Positions 27,690-34,876 of a stretch of 58,148 nt of DNA are shown piece after piece (the first letter of the stretch is position 1; every line of letters starts with the position of its first letter). A program made the translations under genes and the position numbers. Under the pieces are notes generated by a model, which saw nothing but the letters and a program-made list of their open reading frames with translations, searched no databases and was not told the origin of the DNA. This DNA is from a virus. Lineage: Duplodnaviria > Caudoviricetes. Location: positions 1 to 58,148 of the IMG/VR virus record IMGVR_UViG_3300027707_000021. One strand, given 5' to 3'.

Positions 27690-27712
27690 GCAATAATTAG
27701 CTGGGGAGCAGA
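27690..27712 (-). promoter_or_regulatory. conserved upstream element, copy A
   Basis: GCAATAATTAGCTGGGGAGCAGA (plus strand), 21/23 identical to the copy at 28782. Confidence 0.6.
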
Positions 27713-27994
27713 GAGGAGCTGCGCGCAGCGCAGCAGCTGGAGAGCAGAAAGGTATGCGTAGTGGAAGTTAGGTAGAAGAGTTAGTAACACTCAAAATAGT
27801 ATGCGTAGTGCACCTTAGATAAAAAAAATACTAATTAGTAACCCCTTGATAATCAATACTAAAGTCTACTTGTTACACACGGTGGAGACAAACAATTATT
27901 AATATATTTTGAGCTGTATTAATTCCAAATACTATTAAGCTGTTATCCATAGCCGTTACATTTAAAACGGACAAGCTCACTCAAAATACATTAA

Positions 27995-28017
27995 TAAAAG
28001 GGGTTGTTACACCCCTT
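27995..28017 (-). terminator. hairpin with GUAACA loop plus U tract
   Basis: AAGGGGT-GTAACA-ACCCCTT-TT. Confidence 0.65.
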
Positions 28018-28024
28018 ATTAGTT

Positions 28025-28279
28025 TTATTCATTCCAGCTAGCATCACCATCCCAATAGTCAGCTTCTGTTAGTTGTTCATTTGCATTCATTAGTTCAACA
28101 AGAGCTTTTCTGAAATCTTTAATCCATTCAGCATCACTCATTGTAGTGAAATCACTATCAGCTAATTCAATTCTTTTATCAAGCAATAGTTTGAATCTAG
28201 TGATAGTCATATTATCTAATTCAGTTATCCCATTTCTTCTCAATTCTTCTTGAGTTATTTTTGATTTATCAACTTGCAT
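28025..28279 (-). CDS. hypothetical early protein
   Basis: 84-aa ORF between the paralogs. Confidence 0.65.
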   Translation of the reverse strand: MQVDKSKITQEELRRNGITELDNMTITRFKLLLDKRIELADSDFTTMSDAEWIKDFRKALVELMNANEQLTEADYWDGDASWNE

Positions 28280-28362
28280 CTTATTATATTTTATTTAATT
28301 AATATTTAAAAAGACTATTTCAAGGAGTTACGCCTTAAGCTAGTCACACTCATCTATTAGTT

Positions 28363-28390
28363 AAAGAGAGGAGTTGTTACACTCCCCTCT
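28363..28390 (-). terminator. hairpin with GUAACA loop
   Basis: AGAGGGGAGT-GTAACA-ACTCCTCTCT-TT. Confidence 0.65.
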
Positions 28391-28400
28391 TGTACTGATG

Positions 28401-28730
28401 TTAGATAGCTTCAATCCACATTAGGGTTGTTAGCTCACCAGTTTGAATATCAACCACAGGGTTGCTACTCAATTGGAATCCTGGCATTTCATCACCAGCA
28501 TTTAGTTTCTTTTGCAAAGCTGCAATAGTTGGATGGTTAGCTTTCATCACCTGATTAGTTTCAGGGTCAATCAAGCTTAGTACTCCAAAGTTTACACTAC
28601 CTTGTGTGCGTGTGCCCACGTTCAATCCAGCAAGTGTAGTTTGTTTGCTGGTGATTGGTCTGTCTGTAGCAATGATTGTTGCTGTTCCAGTAGACTCATT
28701 GATTCTCAATTTTCTGAAGAAAACACTCAT
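28401..28730 (-). CDS. early protein, paralog B (MSVFFRK family)
   Basis: Start ATG 28730 inferred by alignment with paralog A. Confidence 0.85.
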   Translation of the reverse strand: MSVFFRKLRINESTGTATIIATDRPITSKQTTLAGLNVGTRTQGSVNFGVLSLIDPETNQVMKANHPTIAALQKKLNAGDEMPGFQLSSNPVVDIQTGELTTLMWIEAI

Positions 28731-28781
28731 AATATTATATTTTATTATATTTAGGTACCCAGATGCGGGGGTACCCTTACC

Positions 28782-28804
28782 GCAAAAATTAGCTGGGGGG
28801 CAGA
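28782..28804 (-). promoter_or_regulatory. conserved upstream element, copy B
   Basis: GCAAAAATTAGCTGGGGGGCAGA (plus strand). Confidence 0.6.
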
Positions 28805-28960
28805 TTGGTAGTAGGTACCAACATTCTAATACACACAATTTTTGGTACCACCTATGCAAAACACATAACATTTGGAAACACTATTTTTTTTGGGGACAAA
28901 AAATTTTTTTGAGTTACCGTGATAAGGTTATATAAAAATTATTTTACCTTTACAAAAGGA

Positions 28961-28980
28961 TTTTGTATATTAATGATATA
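28961..28980 (+). promoter_or_regulatory. putative late promoter
   Basis: TTTTGTATATTAATGATATA; the motif recurs at 39906, 45593, 47204 and 57011. Confidence 0.5.
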
Positions 28981-29004
28981 AACACAACACAAATAAAATA
29001 ACTA

Positions 29005-29691
29005 ATGAATAGTACGTTACAGGATATAATGGGAATGATTGCTAAACGCAAGATAAAAGTTCCTACAGATAAAGACTACATAGTGGCTGCGGCATACACT
29101 GATACTCAAGAGGTGCTGAAGCCTCAACCAAAAATGGAGGCCAGCTTAATTAATATTGGTGCACTAAAGAAATATATTGGAGTTGGAAATCAAGGTCCAA
29201 TAGGTCCTCAAGGACCACAAGGTGTAAGCGGTACTTCAGGATTAGAAACTTCTATTAGATATTCTCCAACATTTACAGCAACAGGAATGACCTTTACTGG
29301 AACTAATCAAACTTATCCTACTTATAATTCTTATTATATTAAATCAGGTTTGTTAGTTAGTTTTGTAATAGAAATTGATTTTACAACTGTTACTAATTTT
29401 GGTACTGGTCAATATAAAGTCGCATTACCATTTGCCCCTGCTTTTGGATATAATCATTTTAATGGATGGATTTGGGCAGATCCTAATGTTGATCCAGACA
29501 CAGGTACTGGACATACAATACTTAATGCAGACACTGCTGGTATTACAACTGTATTAGACTTACATTATTTAAAACAGTCTGGTGGAGCTAACTCTCCAAT
29601 TAGAGAAGGATTATGGACACAAGCACTTCCTGTAACATTAACTTCAATTAGTAAAGCATATATTAATGGAACTTATATTTGTACAACATAA
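29005..29691 (+). CDS. protein with short collagen-like repeat and beta-rich fibre-like C-domain
   Basis: GNQGPIGPQGPQGVSG. Confidence 0.7.
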   Translation: MNSTLQDIMGMIAKRKIKVPTDKDYIVAAAYTDTQEVLKPQPKMEASLINIGALKKYIGVGNQGPIGPQGPQGVSGTSGLETSIRYSPTFTATGMTFTGTNQTYPTYNSYYIKSGLLVSFVIEIDFTTVTNFGTGQYKVALPFAPAFGYNHFNGWIWADPNVDPDTGTGHTILNADTAGITTVLDLHYLKQSGGANSPIREGLWTQALPVTLTSISKAYINGTYICTT

Positions 29692-29698
29692 ATAAAAA

Positions 29699-29875
29699 AT
29701 GAAAGCTAAATCAAAAGTAAACGCGGCAGGTAACTATACTAAACCAACTATGCGTAAAAATCTTTTTAATAAGATTAAGGCGGGTACCAAAGGTGGTGAT
29801 CCAGGAGAGTGGTCAGCTAGAAAAGCTCAACTACTTGCTGTTCAATATAAAAAAGCAGGAGGAGGATATAAGTAA
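29699..29875 (+). CDS. DUF5872-like protein, N-terminal half (58 aa)
   Basis: Not in the track. NYTKPTMRK...KGGDPGEWSARKAQLLAVQYKKAGGGYK. Confidence 0.75.
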   Translation: MKAKSKVNAAGNYTKPTMRKNLFNKIKAGTKGGDPGEWSARKAQLLAVQYKKAGGGYK

Positions 29876-30111
29876 TGGCACTAGCTAAATCACAACAGTC
29901 TTTAAAGAAATGGGGTAATGAGAAATGGAAAACCTCAGACGGTAAGCCGTCTAAAGGTAAGAAAAGATATTTACCCTCTGCAGCATGGGATGCATTGAGT
30001 CCTTCTGAGAAAGCAGCAACTAATAAAGCTAAGGCGGAAGGTAATGCTAAGGGAAAACAATTTGTGAAACAACCTAAATCAGTGGTTAAGAAAGCTGCAA
30101 AATATAGATAA
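29875..30111 (+). CDS. DUF5872-like protein, C-terminal half
   Basis: SQQSLKKW...KRYLP..AW..LS..EKAATN..K..G...GKQFV. Confidence 0.75.
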   Translation: MALAKSQQSLKKWGNEKWKTSDGKPSKGKKRYLPSAAWDALSPSEKAATNKAKAEGNAKGKQFVKQPKSVVKKAAKYR

Positions 30112-30134
30112 TATTAACTTTAAAATTAAAAATT

Positions 30135-30311
30135 ATGAAAACTGTAAAAAAAATGTCAATGGGTGGTTCATTAAAAAATGTACCTACAAGTAAAAAAGGA
30201 TTAGCTGAACTTCCTACAAAAGTAAGAAACAAAATGGGTTACAAAAAGCATGGCGGTTCTACTGATCCTAAAATGAAAATGGGTGGGGCCATGAAAGGTA
30301 AGAAGTGCTAA
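30135..30311 (+). CDS. small basic protein with xGG repeats (58 aa)
   Basis: Not in the track. MKTVKKMSMGG...YKKHGG...MKMGGAMKGKKC. Confidence 0.65.
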   Translation: MKTVKKMSMGGSLKNVPTSKKGLAELPTKVRNKMGYKKHGGSTDPKMKMGGAMKGKKC

Positions 30312-30353
30312 TAGATAGCATGATCTTCCTAATAAAGCAGTATCATAAGTAAA

Positions 30354-30605
30354 ATGAAACAAATTGATTTAATAAATCTAGGATTTGAACGTATAGATCA
30401 AACACCTGAGTCAAGTGGTTCTGATGGACCATGGCACTACTATTGTAAAGATGTAGGGGAAATATGTTTCTTATCCAGTGAAAGTGATACAGATGAAGCT
30501 AAGAAAGATAAGTGGAGTGTAAATATTTTAGAAAGTAACGTTATTTTTCATAAAATGTCAGAACTTAAAACCGTAATTGCTTTATTAGAAAAAAATAAAA
30601 TTTAA
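30354..30605 (+). CDS. hypothetical protein
   Basis: 83-aa ORF. Confidence 0.65.
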   Translation: MKQIDLINLGFERIDQTPESSGSDGPWHYYCKDVGEICFLSSESDTDEAKKDKWSVNILESNVIFHKMSELKTVIALLEKNKI

Positions 30606-30685
30606 AAATAAACCCATTAAACTTTTTTTATTTAAACTATTATTATATATTTGTATTTAATTGTTTAACTTAAAAAAATTACAAA

Positions 30686-30994
30686 ATGGCAAATGCAAAA
30701 ACCAAGAATCCTTTAGATGAGAAAGAACCTATTCTTACTAAAGAAGAATTAAATGCACGTAGAGAAGAAATTAGTGCATTCTACAAAGACAACATTCCTC
30801 ATTTAGAGGTACAAGCAGATTATGAAATGCTTTTAGCTACTATTGAAAAATCAAGAGCTGAAAGATTACAAGCACAAATGTACATGGCACAAGCCTATGC
30901 TTCTCAAAAAGAAGGTGGTTCAGTACCAGTTGATTCAGAAGAAGCAAAGGCTTTTAAAGAAGCAATGGAAAATGCGGCATCTCAAATAGACTAA
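30686..30994 (+). CDS. hypothetical helical protein
   Basis: 102 aa, preceded by TATATTTG (30646-30653). Confidence 0.7.
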   Translation: MANAKTKNPLDEKEPILTKEELNARREEISAFYKDNIPHLEVQADYEMLLATIEKSRAERLQAQMYMAQAYASQKEGGSVPVDSEEAKAFKEAMENAASQID

Positions 30995-30997
30995 ACT

Positions 30998-31921
30998 ATG
31001 AAGATGTTAAAAAGAGGGGATTCTGGACCAGATGTCCAGACCCTTCAAGCTAAACTCTTATTAAAACAAGATTTACAATTTGGACCAGCAACAGAAAAAG
31101 CTGTAATTAGATTTCAATTATCTAATAAACTTCCAGTTACAGGTATAGTTAATGCAGATATGTGGGTATTATTGTTTAACAAAGTTCCTACATTACAAGA
31201 AGCTATTGATGAAGACACTGATATATTTGGTCAATACTTTAAAACTAATTATGATCAATTAATTCATAAACATTATTTATCTCCAAAAGAATATATAAAA
31301 GGACCTATTAAAAATGAATACATATTCTTACATCATACTGCAGGAGGAAACAATCCATATGCTTGTGTTGATATGTGGAATACAGATGACAGAGGTGCTA
31401 TTGGAACTGAATTTGTTTTAGGTGGTAAAAATCATACTACAGGTGATGCTAAGTATGATGGTCAAATGGTTCAGGCTTTTCCAACAGGAAATCAAGGTTG
31501 GCATTTAGGTTTAACTAAATCAGGTTGGATGAATAGGCATTCTGTAGGTTTAGAGATATGTTCAATGGGTCAACTTGATAAAGAATATAAAACCTATGTA
31601 GGAACTAAGACTCACCCAGATGAAGTAATAACATTGAAAGAAGCATTCAGAGGATTTTTATACTGGCATTCTTATTCAGAAAAACAAATTAAAGAAACTG
31701 AAAAGTGGATTAAGTATGTTGCTGAAAGAGATAGTATTGATGTTAGATTAGGTTTAAAACAACTAATACAAAAACATGGCCCCGTTAAAGCATTTGATTA
31801 TAATGAAGATGCTGCTAATGGTAAAATTAAAGGATTATTAACACATACCAATGTAAGAAAGGATAAGTTTGATTGCTATCCTCATCCTGACTTAGTTGAT
31901 ATGATAATGAGTTTAAAATAA
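30998..31921 (+). CDS. endolysin: PG-binding domain plus N-acetylmuramoyl-L-alanine amidase
   Basis: LKRGDSGPDVQTLQ...FGPATEKAVIRFQ (PG_binding_1); FLHHTAG, WH, N..SVGLEI, THTN..KDK.D. Confidence 0.9.
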   Translation: MKMLKRGDSGPDVQTLQAKLLLKQDLQFGPATEKAVIRFQLSNKLPVTGIVNADMWVLLFNKVPTLQEAIDEDTDIFGQYFKTNYDQLIHKHYLSPKEYIKGPIKNEYIFLHHTAGGNNPYACVDMWNTDDRGAIGTEFVLGGKNHTTGDAKYDGQMVQAFPTGNQGWHLGLTKSGWMNRHSVGLEICSMGQLDKEYKTYVGTKTHPDEVITLKEAFRGFLYWHSYSEKQIKETEKWIKYVAERDSIDVRLGLKQLIQKHGPVKAFDYNEDAANGKIKGLLTHTNVRKDKFDCYPHPDLVDMIMSLK

Positions 31922-32292
31922 TGGCTATAGTAAACAAAGTAGATTTAAAATTACAAGTAGATATTAATGAAACCATTAAGTATCAAATACTCACCTATTG
32001 TTTTTTTGAAAATATTTTAATTAGTAATTCAGATCTTAAGTGTTTAATGGAATTATCAAAACAACCCAAAGTTGAATTAACTAAATTTTGTATATTTTTA
32101 ACTGAACAACAAATATTTAAAAGTTCACAATCAGCTAGAAATGCTTTAGCAAAAGCAGAAAAGAAAAAGTTGATAGTTAAAAATGGTATAAATAAAAAAA
32201 CTATTTCAATTAATAAAAATATTAATATTCAAATAGATGGTTTGGTATTGTTAGATTATAAAATATTAGGACGTGAATCCAAAGAAACATAA
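31921..32292 (+). CDS. hypothetical protein (possible wHTH)
   Basis: 123-aa ORF. Confidence 0.65.
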   Translation: MAIVNKVDLKLQVDINETIKYQILTYCFFENILISNSDLKCLMELSKQPKVELTKFCIFLTEQQIFKSSQSARNALAKAEKKKLIVKNGINKKTISINKNINIQIDGLVLLDYKILGRESKET

Positions 32293-32626
32293 AGATTTTA
32301 AAGAAGGTATTGCTGAAGAAGTTGGTGTACATCCACAAGTGGTAGATGATTTTATATCTTTTTATTATGGTAAATTAAGAAAAAAACTATCAACATTAGA
32401 ATATCCAAGAATAAATGTAGATGGTTTAGGTACTTTTTATTTAAGAAAAACCAAATTAGAAAACTCAATTAAAAAGAATAAAAGTACACTTGGTAATTTA
32501 GCTAAAAGAACATATAATGGTTATGCTCAAAGTGAAAATATACAAAGTAATATTGAACAAATGTCTAAAGCATTAGAACAAATGGAATCTGATATATTAA
32601 GAAAAAAAGAGTTTAAAGCAAAATAA
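32273..32626 (+). CDS. IHF/HU-like DNA-binding protein
   Basis: IAEEVGV...VDDFI...RINVDGLGTF pattern. Confidence 0.65.
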   Translation: MNPKKHKDFKEGIAEEVGVHPQVVDDFISFYYGKLRKKLSTLEYPRINVDGLGTFYLRKTKLENSIKKNKSTLGNLAKRTYNGYAQSENIQSNIEQMSKALEQMESDILRKKEFKAK

Positions 32627-32636
32627 GTTTTACAAA

Positions 32637-32957
32637 ATGGATGCAAAATGGAAAAGATATTTAACAGTATTTAAAAATGCTGATCAAATAGTAGAAGGTA
32701 TTAAAAATAACATATTTAAAAAAGAACATATTGAAGCTGTTGCTACAGATAGATTTCAGATATGTATTAAGTGTTCTTTATTTGATGCTGCTGGAGATCA
32801 TTGTTTAGTTCCGGGTACACAACCTTGTTGTTCAGATTGTGGATGCAGTCTTGCATTTAAGGTACGGTCATTATCTACATCTTGTCCTAAAGGATTTTGG
32901 GATTCATTAATGACTGAAGAATTAGAAGAAAAAATAAACCAACAAATTAAAAATTAA
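32637..32957 (+). CDS. Cys-rich Zn-binding protein
   Basis: R..IC..C, CC..CGC.L..K.R....CP.G.W. Confidence 0.65.
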   Translation: MDAKWKRYLTVFKNADQIVEGIKNNIFKKEHIEAVATDRFQICIKCSLFDAAGDHCLVPGTQPCCSDCGCSLAFKVRSLSTSCPKGFWDSLMTEELEEKINQQIKN

Positions 32958-32961
32958 CATT

Positions 32962-33240
32962 ATGACAGTAACAGAAATAGTTAAAGATCTTTTAGAACAT
33001 AATATGATTACTATGGAAGCAGCAACAGTTCTTTTACAAACTGAACTTAAAGCTAATATGTTTGATAACCAAGTTAAAAATACTAATCAAATATTACAAC
33101 CTTATCATGAAATACCATGTCATACTGGTACAACAAATCCATACTATGTTTCTACAACAACCAATGATCCTATGATGAACGCAACTACTACAGGATTAAC
33201 TGGAACAAATGGAACAAATGAACTTTTAAAAGTTAAGTAA
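32962..33240 (+). CDS. hypothetical protein
   Basis: 92-aa ORF with Thr-rich tail. Confidence 0.55.
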   Translation: MTVTEIVKDLLEHNMITMEAATVLLQTELKANMFDNQVKNTNQILQPYHEIPCHTGTTNPYYVSTTTNDPMMNATTTGLTGTNGTNELLKVK

Positions 33241-34052
33241 TGGCTATTATATTTAAAGAAGATGGACATACTTATGAAAGTATAGAAGAAGATAACATTG
33301 AATGGTTAAGTGTTACCTCACTTGTTGGTAAGTTTAAACCTAAGTTTGATAAAGAAGGACAGGCTAAAAAATCTGCAAAGAATAAAAATTCTAAGTGGTA
33401 TGGTATGACTGTAGAACAAATATTACAGGCTTGGGATAATGAAACTGAAAGAGCTATTAATCTTGGTAATTTTTATCATAACCAAAGAGAATCAGACATG
33501 CTTGATTTTAAAACAATTGAGCGTGGAGGAACTGAAGTGCCAATTGTTAAACCACTTATAAATGAGAATGGTATAAAATTAGCACCAGAACAAAAGTTAA
33601 GTGATGGTGTTTATCCAGAACATTTAGTTTATTTAAAATCTGTTGGACTTTGTGGTCAGGCAGATGTTGTAGAAATTGTAGATGGTTATATTAATATCAA
33701 TGATTACAAGACTAATAAAGAAATTAAAGAAAAAGGATATACTAACTGGGAAGGTATTACAAGTAAAATGTTTAAACCTGTTAATCATTTAGATGATTGC
33801 AATTTAATGCACTATTCTTTACAGCTCAGTATTTATGCGTATATTATTAAAAAGCATAACCCTTCTTTAAAGATTGGTAAACTTACAATTCAACATGTAA
33901 AGTTTAAACAGATTGGTGAAGACTCAAATGGTTATCCAATTAATGAACATTATAATGGAGAACCTATTTTAGATGAAATAAAAATGTATGAAGTACCATA
34001 TTTAAAGGATGAAGTTAATTCATTAATAATGTGGTTAAAAGATAATAAATAA
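33240..34052 (+). CDS. PD-(D/E)XK nuclease
   Basis: F.EDGHTY, SVT, G...H, CGQAD, INDYKTN, YSLQLSIY. Confidence 0.85.
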   Translation: MAIIFKEDGHTYESIEEDNIEWLSVTSLVGKFKPKFDKEGQAKKSAKNKNSKWYGMTVEQILQAWDNETERAINLGNFYHNQRESDMLDFKTIERGGTEVPIVKPLINENGIKLAPEQKLSDGVYPEHLVYLKSVGLCGQADVVEIVDGYININDYKTNKEIKEKGYTNWEGITSKMFKPVNHLDDCNLMHYSLQLSIYAYIIKKHNPSLKIGKLTIQHVKFKQIGEDSNGYPINEHYNGEPILDEIKMYEVPYLKDEVNSLIMWLKDNK

Positions 34053-34056
34053 AATT

Positions 34057-34575
34057 ATGTTAGTAAGACTATTTGATATTCAGAACAGTAAAGTAATACC
34101 ATCAGAACATTGCTATGCATTACCTTTTTTAAATGCTATTATGGAAAATTATCCAGATACATATTTAAAAATTTACCAGTACATATTTTATATGAGTTGT
34201 CCTAATCCAGATATGAATCCTTTTTTTAATATACCAGAACATGAAAAAGAAGATGTTATTATTGAAGAAGTTCAACTAGAAGATTCACCAGAAGATCCTA
34301 AAATAAGATATGCATTGGATATGTGTTATAAGTTATATGAAACACCTACCTTCAGAGCTTATAAAGGTATTAAATCAATGCTTGATAGATTAGCTAAATA
34401 CATGGAAGTAACTGCTATTGAACATGGTAGAGATGGTAACATAAACTCCATGGTAAATGCAGCATCTAAATTTGAACAAATTAGACAATCATATAAAGGA
34501 GCCTTTGTTGATATGAAACAAGAACAAGAAAGTTCTGTACGCGGTGGTGCAGGATTAGCATATGACCAAATATAA
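34057..34575 (+). CDS. conserved hypothetical protein (candidate terminase small subunit)
   Basis: Helical 172 aa ending VRGG...YDQ, upstream of TerL; function inferred from position only. Confidence 0.5.
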   Translation: MLVRLFDIQNSKVIPSEHCYALPFLNAIMENYPDTYLKIYQYIFYMSCPNPDMNPFFNIPEHEKEDVIIEEVQLEDSPEDPKIRYALDMCYKLYETPTFRAYKGIKSMLDRLAKYMEVTAIEHGRDGNINSMVNAASKFEQIRQSYKGAFVDMKQEQESSVRGGAGLAYDQI

Positions 34576-34597
34576 TAAACCATTAAAATAAAAAAAA

Positions 34598-34876
34598 ATG
34601 ATACAACAAGTAATACCAGTAGGAAAGAAGTTATTGATTAAACAAAAAAAAGCTGAGGCATTTTTTAAAAATACAAACATTATTATACCTGATACAATGT
34701 TAAAAGTTGAAAATAAAGGTACTGTAGTTGCTGTAGGTGAAGGTGTTACAGAAATTAAAATAGGAGATATGGTTCAATATAGTGACCATTGTTTACCAAC
34801 AACAATGTTACATGATGATGAAGATCATTTGTTAATACACGAAGGTGATGTGTATGCTAAGTTTAAATATGTATAA
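34598..34876 (+). CDS. groES: co-chaperonin GroES/Cpn10
   Basis: PVGKKLLIK, IIIP, GTVVAVGEG, IKIGDMV, LLIHEGDVYA. Confidence 0.85.
   Translation: MIQQVIPVGKKLLIKQKKAEAFFKNTNIIIPDTMLKVENKGTVVAVGEGVTEIKIGDMVQYSDHCLPTTMLHDDEDHLLIHEGDVYAKFKYV

Noticed and set aside
27905-27988. Canonical tRNA gene
   Set aside because: No GTTC T-loop, D-loop GG or CCA; I noticed no canonical tRNA anywhere in the window
27870-28390. Possible mini-CRISPR array from GTTGTTACAC repeats
   Set aside because: Repeats are short, irregularly spaced and separated by genes; better explained as hairpin loops
28731-28871. 47-aa N-terminal extension of paralog B in the ORF track
   Set aside because: Alignment with paralog A places the start at ATG 28730; the extension runs through the regulatory palindromes
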